A DNA stretch of 64,000 nucleotides, taken from assembly GCA_964491265.1 (NCBI GenBank), contig CAZBFP010000007.1, positions 58,177-122,176 on the forward strand, in the 5' to 3' direction. Below the pieces are notes generated by a model that did not search any database, was not told the origin of the DNA, and saw only the letters and a list, made by a program, of their open reading frames with translations. Both the position numbers and the translations under genes were made by a program. This DNA comes from an uncultured Leptospirales bacterium. GTDB lineage: Bacteria > Spirochaetota > UBA4802 > UBA5550. Shown here piece by piece: positions 58,665 through 64,000 of the stretch; position 1 is the stretch's first letter, and each line of letters starts with the position of its first letter.

Positions 58665-59861
58665 ATGAATTTTGAAATATCTGACAAAATGAAAACTATA
58701 ATTGAGATGATTGATGAGTTTGTTGAAAAGGAGCTTATTCCACTTGAAGGTGAATTTCTTTTCAAGGATTTCCGTGACCTTCTACCCCTGCTTCAGGAGA
58801 AGCGGGAGATGGTTAAGAAGATGGAGTTATGGGCTCCTAATCACCCTGTTGAGCTTGGCGGGATGGGGCTCAATCTTGTTGAACATGGCCTTGTTTCCGA
58901 AGCGCTGGGCAGGTCGCCCCTTGGGCATTATGTTTTCGGATGTCAGGCCCCTGATGCAGGGAATGTGGAGATTCTTCATAAATATGGTACAGAGGAACAG
59001 AACAGGGAGTATCTTGAACCCCTTGTGGCAGGTGATATACGGAGCTGCTTTGCCATGACAGAGGTTGACCTTGCAGGATCAAATCCTGTTATGATGGATA
59101 CCACTGCAGTAAAGGATGGAGATGATTATATTATTAATGGCCATAAGTGGTACACAAGCTCTGCTGACGGATCAAAGTTTGCAATTACCATGGCTGTGAC
59201 AAATCCTGAAGCTCCGCCGTATCTTCGTGCAAGTATGATTATTGTACCAACAGATACACCCGGTTTTAATCTTGTGAGGAATATCCCGGTAATGGGTCAT
59301 TCAGGGAGCGATTATTTCAGTCACGGTGAGATTATATTCCAGAACTGCAGGGTGCCTCAGAAGAATCTTCTTGGTGCTGAAGGGCAGGGATTTGTTATGG
59401 CCCAGGACAGGCTGGGGCCTGGCCGGATTCATCACTGCATGCGATGGCTTGGAATATGCAACAGGGCATTTGATATGATGTGCAGAAGGGCCAGCGAAAG
59501 GGTGATCTCCCCTGATGGCAGAACCCTTGCATCAAAGCAGATAATTCAGGCATGGATCTCCGAGTCTGCAGCTGAAATACGGGCTGCCAGATTAATGACA
59601 CTCTATGCTGCATGGCGCATTGATACTGTGGGAGCAAAAGAGGCCAGGGATGACATTTCGCTTATAAAGTTTGGAGTTGCCAATACAATGCAGAATGTTA
59701 TAGACAGGGCTCTTCAGGTACATGGGGGACTTGGAATGACAGATGATACAATACTGGCGTTTCTCTTCAGGCATGAACGGGCTGCACGGATCTACGACGG
59801 AGCGGACGAGGTGCATAAGTCCTCGATTGCAAAGAGAATATTGAAGAAGTATGAGAAGTAA
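58665..59861 (+). CDS. acyl-CoA dehydrogenase
   Basis: 398 aa; ACAD N/middle/C domains; FAD/CoA motifs (CFAMTE, YDGADEVHKSSIAKRIL). Confidence 0.9.
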   Translation: MNFEISDKMKTIIEMIDEFVEKELIPLEGEFLFKDFRDLLPLLQEKREMVKKMELWAPNHPVELGGMGLNLVEHGLVSEALGRSPLGHYVFGCQAPDAGNVEILHKYGTEEQNREYLEPLVAGDIRSCFAMTEVDLAGSNPVMMDTTAVKDGDDYIINGHKWYTSSADGSKFAITMAVTNPEAPPYLRASMIIVPTDTPGFNLVRNIPVMGHSGSDYFSHGEIIFQNCRVPQKNLLGAEGQGFVMAQDRLGPGRIHHCMRWLGICNRAFDMMCRRASERVISPDGRTLASKQIIQAWISESAAEIRAARLMTLYAAWRIDTVGAKEARDDISLIKFGVANTMQNVIDRALQVHGGLGMTDDTILAFLFRHERAARIYDGADEVHKSSIAKRILKKYEK

Positions 59862-59879
59862 ATAATTCAGGGGGCAGAG

Positions 59880-59921
59880 TGAACCTGGTGTATTGGCCCC
59901 CTGTCCCCCAAAGGGGGCACG
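59880..59921. repeat. GC-rich hairpin repeat GGTGTATTGGCCCCCTGTCCCCCAAAGGGGGCAC immediately after ACAD stop
   Basis: Inverse copy at 45931..45970; related 60088..60118 and 15671..15690. Confidence 0.6.
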
Positions 59922-60186
59922 TAAAAGAAACATTTGAGCTGGTATATGAATCAATGATTTATAACATGTGTTAGTATTGTTAATTATGCAAAAGGTTTGT
60001 GGATTAAAGTTGAAGATGTACTAAATAATATTGGGAATATTGTAGAAATAAAAAAATTATAATTATCAGAGTAATATTAAATAACTCGTGCCCCCTTTGG
60101 GGGGCTGGGGGAACGGATGGGAAAGGGTTTCTTTGTTTTCTGAAAATCCGAAAATATAACTAATTCTATGGAGTTAAGTGTCTTAA

Positions 60187-60936
60187 GTGAAAAGAGAGAA
60201 AATTGTACTATCAGAAATGTCCTTTGAAGAGTTTTCCGGCATGGTTGAAGTTTCCATGGAGAATATCTGCAGAGATATTTTTCATGAGAACCGGGACTCG
60301 ATTAAGATAAAGAAAGAGAATGTGGCAGTAAAAAACCTTACTGTCATATTTAATACCACATTAAAACTGAGCAATACAATGGGGTTCCAGGCCATGAGCC
60401 TTCGGGACCTCACAGCTGCATCGGGCCTGAGTATGGGGGCCCTTTATTCCTATTTTAAAAGCAAGGACGAGCTTGCAAAGATTATTCAGGAACAGGGGAG
60501 GCGCATAACCGGTGATATTCTCAGGGAGGAGATAAGTAAAGGTGTTAATCTTACTGACCGGATGCACAGGGCTGTGAAAGCCCATCTCTATCTTTCAGAG
60601 GTAATGCAGGAATGGTTCTATTTTTCATTTATGGAGGCAAAGAATCTTTCCAGGGATGAACAGAAAAAGGCGGTTGAAAGTGAGCTTTTAACAGAGAAAA
60701 TATTTTCTGACATTATCGCAGAGGGTGCAAAGTCCGGTATATTCAGAAAGGTTAATCCTCTCCTTACTGCGTCAATTATAAAAGGGATGCTGCAGGACTG
60801 GTATCTTAAAAGAGGGAAGTACAAAAAACGGGGCATCACTGTTGAAGCTTATGCTGATTTTGTAATAGAATTTGTTGAATCATTTATCATGATGAATGAG
60901 AAGCATATGAAAGGGGGGAGAAATGGGAATAATTGA
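60187..60936 (+). CDS. TetR-family transcriptional regulator
   Basis: 249 aa (start may be internal ATG 60217); HTH region MSLRDLTAASGLSMGALYSYFKSKDEL. Confidence 0.75.
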   Translation: MKREKIVLSEMSFEEFSGMVEVSMENICRDIFHENRDSIKIKKENVAVKNLTVIFNTTLKLSNTMGFQAMSLRDLTAASGLSMGALYSYFKSKDELAKIIQEQGRRITGDILREEISKGVNLTDRMHRAVKAHLYLSEVMQEWFYFSFMEAKNLSRDEQKKAVESELLTEKIFSDIIAEGAKSGIFRKVNPLLTASIIKGMLQDWYLKRGKYKKRGITVEAYADFVIEFVESFIMMNEKHMKGGRNGNN

Positions 60937-61990
60937 TGAGGCTGGAATTATCAGAAACGGTGAAGAGCTTGACCTGAAGAAGGTAGGGGACTTTCTCCAT
61001 GACTCAATCGCGGGTCTTAAGGGTGAAATTGAAATAAAGCAGTTCCCCGGAGGTTTTTCCAATCTTACATATCTTGTAAAGTCCGGGGATTATGAGATGG
61101 TGCTCCGGAGGCCGCCATTCGGGAAAAAGGCTAAAAGTGCACACGACATGTCAAGGGAATACAGAATATTAAAGGCTCTAAAGCCGCAGTTCCCATGCGC
61201 GCCTGAGGTACTTGTCTACAGCGAGGATGAGTCTGTTATGGGCGCGCCCTTTTATGTGATGGAGCGGATAAAGGGGATAATCCTTAGAAAGGATATCCCG
61301 GAAGGTATTTCATTGTCACCATCTGACTCCAGGCAGCTTTGTGAAAATCTGGTGACTCTCCATAATAAACTTCACAAGGTGGACTATGCTGCAGCCGGCC
61401 TGGAGAATTTCGGTAAACCTGAAGGGTATGTTTTCAGGCAGGTGGATGGATGGAGCGGCAGGTATATTGCAGCGCGTACCCCTGACGCACCTGACTTTGA
61501 AAAGGTGATGCAGTGGCTTCACGATAAGATACAGAGCGACTCCCCCAATCCTGCTGTTATTCATGGGGATTACAAGTTTGATAATGTGGTGCTGAATCCC
61601 AATAATCCTCTGGAAATAATAGGGGTACTTGACTGGGAGATGGCTACTATTGGTGATCCCCTTATGGATCTGGGGAGTTCCCTTGCCTACTGGGTTGACA
61701 GGGATGATCCGGAAAACCTGCAGATGATAAAGCAGCTCTGTACAACAGAGGATGGCATGCTTACCAGAAATGAAATTATAAAACTCTACGGTGAAATGAG
61801 CGGCGTAAATGTCGAAAATTTTGACTTCTATTACTGCTTCGGCCTTTTTCGCCTGGCAGTAATAGCCCAGCAGATATATTACCGCTTTTATCACGGGCAG
61901 ACAGCAGATAAGCGTTTTGCCATGCTTATTCATGCTGTAAGAATTCTGGAATCAACAGCTATAAATGTAATAGAAAAGTCGGAAATTTAA
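60923..61990 (+). CDS. APH-like phosphotransferase (aminoglycoside phosphotransferase/choline-kinase fold)
   Basis: 355 aa; Brenner motif VIHGDYKFDNVVL; DWEMATIGDP activation segment. Confidence 0.8.
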   Translation: MGIIDEAGIIRNGEELDLKKVGDFLHDSIAGLKGEIEIKQFPGGFSNLTYLVKSGDYEMVLRRPPFGKKAKSAHDMSREYRILKALKPQFPCAPEVLVYSEDESVMGAPFYVMERIKGIILRKDIPEGISLSPSDSRQLCENLVTLHNKLHKVDYAAAGLENFGKPEGYVFRQVDGWSGRYIAARTPDAPDFEKVMQWLHDKIQSDSPNPAVIHGDYKFDNVVLNPNNPLEIIGVLDWEMATIGDPLMDLGSSLAYWVDRDDPENLQMIKQLCTTEDGMLTRNEIIKLYGEMSGVNVENFDFYYCFGLFRLAVIAQQIYYRFYHGQTADKRFAMLIHAVRILESTAINVIEKSEI

Positions 61991-62002
61991 AATGGGGGTC
62001 AG

Positions 62003-62920
62003 ATGATGGAAGTGAATGATATTAAAAAGGTGCTTCTCCTTGGCGCAGGCACCATGGGGCAGCAGATAAGTGTTCCATGTTCCCTTGGCGGTTATGATGT
62101 TGTTATATATGATATTAATCAGGAGGCTTTAGATAAAGCCCTGAAACGGATCCCTAAAATTATGAGGGGGATGGTTAAATGGAAAAAGGCAACAGAGGAT
62201 GAAGCTGAAGCTGCGCTTAAAAGGATCACCACCACAACTGATCCTGAAACCGCATCAGCTGAAGCGGATATTATTATTGAATCAGTTCCGGAAAACCCTG
62301 AACTTAAGATTAAGATTTTTTCACAGTTCAATAGACTCTGTCCGGAGCGGACAATTTTTACAACAAATACATCTACACTCTTACCTTCAATGCTTGCTGA
62401 AGGAACCGGGCGTCCGGAGAAATTTCTGGCACTTCATTTTCATGATGTGAGTATGACAAATATTGTGGATATAATGCCGCACCCCGGCACTTCCCAGGAG
62501 AGTCTCCAGATAGTTAAGGGTTTTGCGGAAAAGATAGGGCAGCTCCCTATTATGCTGGGGAGGGAGCATTCAGGTTATGTTTTTAACTACATGATAGGCG
62601 CCCTTTTTAATGCTGCCCAGGACCTGGCTTCAAAAAAAGTGGCATCAGTTGAGGATATTGACAGGGCATGGATGGGTGTTACACACATGATGTTCGGACC
62701 CTTCGGAATCATGGACAGTATCGGCCTTGATACTATTTTAACAATAAATGAATACTGGGCAAAAAAACTTAATAATTCCGACTGGGCCAGGAATGCCGAT
62801 TTTGTAAGGGGTTATGTTGAAAAAGGGAATCTGGGGAAAAAGACGCAGAAGGGGTTTTATCAGTATCCTGATCCTCTTTTCCGTAGTCCCGATTTTCTTA
62901 AAAAAACAAGCGGGATGTAA
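62003..62920 (+). CDS. 3-hydroxyacyl-CoA dehydrogenase (NAD-binding)
   Basis: 305 aa; Rossmann LLGAGTMGQQIS; HADH catalytic region (HFHDVSMTNIVDIMPHP). Confidence 0.85.
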   Translation: MMEVNDIKKVLLLGAGTMGQQISVPCSLGGYDVVIYDINQEALDKALKRIPKIMRGMVKWKKATEDEAEAALKRITTTTDPETASAEADIIIESVPENPELKIKIFSQFNRLCPERTIFTTNTSTLLPSMLAEGTGRPEKFLALHFHDVSMTNIVDIMPHPGTSQESLQIVKGFAEKIGQLPIMLGREHSGYVFNYMIGALFNAAQDLASKKVASVEDIDRAWMGVTHMMFGPFGIMDSIGLDTILTINEYWAKKLNNSDWARNADFVRGYVEKGNLGKKTQKGFYQYPDPLFRSPDFLKKTSGM

Positions 62921-62926
62921 AAAATA

Positions 62927-63161
62927 TATTTTAGTGCAATAATGCTGATTATAATGGGGCTGTCTCAAAAGGCGGATTTTCAGGGATTTGTCATTCCGGT
63001 TTTGCAACTTCAATTATTGCAAATACCGGAATCTCCTGATTGAATCAGACCTAAGAGATACCGGCATTTCGCTTCGCTACAGCCGGTATGACAAAAAATT
63101 ACTTTTTGGACAGCCCCATTAAAACATTTTTTTTAAATAATATTTAAGGAATTAACACTGA
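62927..63161. repeat. composite dispersed repeat (L-module + nested 161-bp MITE 62957..63117 + partial R-module)
   Basis: ~90% identical to 10230..10463 by eye. Confidence 0.7.
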
Positions 63162-63201
63162 TATTTCAAACATATCTATGAAAATCAATAGGGGGATTAT
63201 T

Positions 63202-63963
63202 ATGACAGTAAATTTTGATTTAACAGGCAAAGTAGCACTTGTCACAGGCTCAAGCCGCGGTATAGGCGAGTCTATTGCAAAGACCCTGGCTTCATACGGG
63301 GCAGAGGTTATTCTCTCAAGCAGAAAGCTGGAAAGCCTGAAAAAGGTTGAGGAGGAGATCATATCTGACGGAGGGAAAGCCTTTTCAGTTGCATGTCACA
63401 GCGGAGAGATGGATCAGATTGAAGCTTTATTTGAAGCGATAAAAGGAAAATATGGGAAGCTTGATATTCTTGTGAACAATGCTGCCACAAATCCTTTTTT
63501 CGGCGATGTCCTTAGTGTGGATGAGCAGGCCTGGGACAAAACAGTTGATGTGAATATGAAGGGATACTTTTTTATTGCCCAGAAAGCGGCAAAGATGATG
63601 GTTGGCCATGGAGGGGGTGCTATTGTTAATGTTGCTTCTATAAATGGAATTCGTCCTGCACCTATGCAGGGTGTTTATTCAATAACCAAAGCAGCTGTTA
63701 TTGCAATGACAAAATCTTTTGCAAAGGAGCTGGCTCCATTCAAGGTAAGGGTCAATGCCCTTCTTCCCGGGATTACTGAAACAAAGTTTTCTGCTGCAAT
63801 GACTAAGAATCCTGACTTAATGAAGGTAATTTTACCCTCAGTTCCAATGGGCCGGGTTGCAGAACCTGATGAAATGGCTGGTGCTGTGCTTTATCTTGTT
63901 TCTGAGGCATCATCATACGTTACAGGATCAACTCTTGTTGTGGATGGCGGGATGCTGGCTTAA
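63202..63963 (+). CDS. SDR-family oxidoreductase (3-oxoacyl-ACP reductase-like)
   Basis: ORF track 63178..63963; ATG 63202 with AGGGGGA RBS; TGSSRGIG cofactor motif; catalytic YSITKAA; NAATN. Confidence 0.9.
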   Translation: MTVNFDLTGKVALVTGSSRGIGESIAKTLASYGAEVILSSRKLESLKKVEEEIISDGGKAFSVACHSGEMDQIEALFEAIKGKYGKLDILVNNAATNPFFGDVLSVDEQAWDKTVDVNMKGYFFIAQKAAKMMVGHGGGAIVNVASINGIRPAPMQGVYSITKAAVIAMTKSFAKELAPFKVRVNALLPGITETKFSAAMTKNPDLMKVILPSVPMGRVAEPDEMAGAVLYLVSEASSYVTGSTLVVDGGMLA

Positions 63964-64000
63964 TCGGGATAAATGGTGCAATTTGGGGTCAGCCATGTGG

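Noticed and set aside
61316-61933. 205-aa antisense ORF inside the APH-like gene
   Set aside because: The sense-strand gene carries the Brenner and APH motifs. The antisense product is unremarkable.

Overview
This is an AT-rich (about 40% GC) bacterial chromosomal segment of about 60 genes on both strands, read directly from the sequence and the ORF track.

Main gene content, in window order:
- Signal-transduction genes: a GAF/PAS HisKA_2-type histidine kinase; a Cache-HAMP class III adenylate cyclase in an apparent operon with a FecR-like Fn3-repeat protein and an outer-membrane barrel protein; and a 1093-aa 7TMR-DISM hybrid kinase / receiver / PP2C protein.
- An unusual three-gene envelope operon on the minus strand: an outer-membrane barrel / coiled-coil / Cys-rich protein, a MotA/TolQ/ExbB-like channel, and an ExbD/TolR-like anchor fused to a vWA domain.
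- umuDC, a lone RND (AcrB-like) permease, an MFS transporter and an SPFH protein.
- A type I restriction-modification locus (hsdM, hsdS, hsdR) that looks like an island next to a minus-strand tRNA-Pro(GGG), with a C-terminal tyrosine-integrase remnant beside the tRNA.
- Between hsdS and hsdR: an IS200/RAYT-like HuH-Y1 transposase ORF fused in frame to two perfect 28-nt palindromes and two blocks of 18-nt tandem repeats, then a RhuM-family gene preceded by a truncated paralog of its N-terminal domain.
- Housekeeping genes: fadD-like acyl-CoA ligase, uvrC, avtA, a radical-SAM / HD pair, sdaA, recO, corC and a VapBC-like toxin-antitoxin pair.
- A beta-oxidation cluster: etfAB, acyl-CoA dehydrogenase, an APH-like kinase, 3-hydroxyacyl-CoA dehydrogenase and an SDR.

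Intergenic regions carry several dispersed repeat families:
- a modular L-hairpin-R element, sometimes carrying a nested 163-bp MITE with GGGGCTGTC terminal inverted repeats;
- a double-hairpin GTCATTCCCGCGCA...GCCGGAATGAC element;
- GC-rich GTCCCCCAAAGGGGGCAC hairpins and a long GC-rich palindrome.

No rRNA genes or CRISPR arrays were seen. The in-frame repeat-laden RAYT gene, the tRNA-linked type I RM island, the stator-like vWA operon and the repeat families are the items most worth follow-up.
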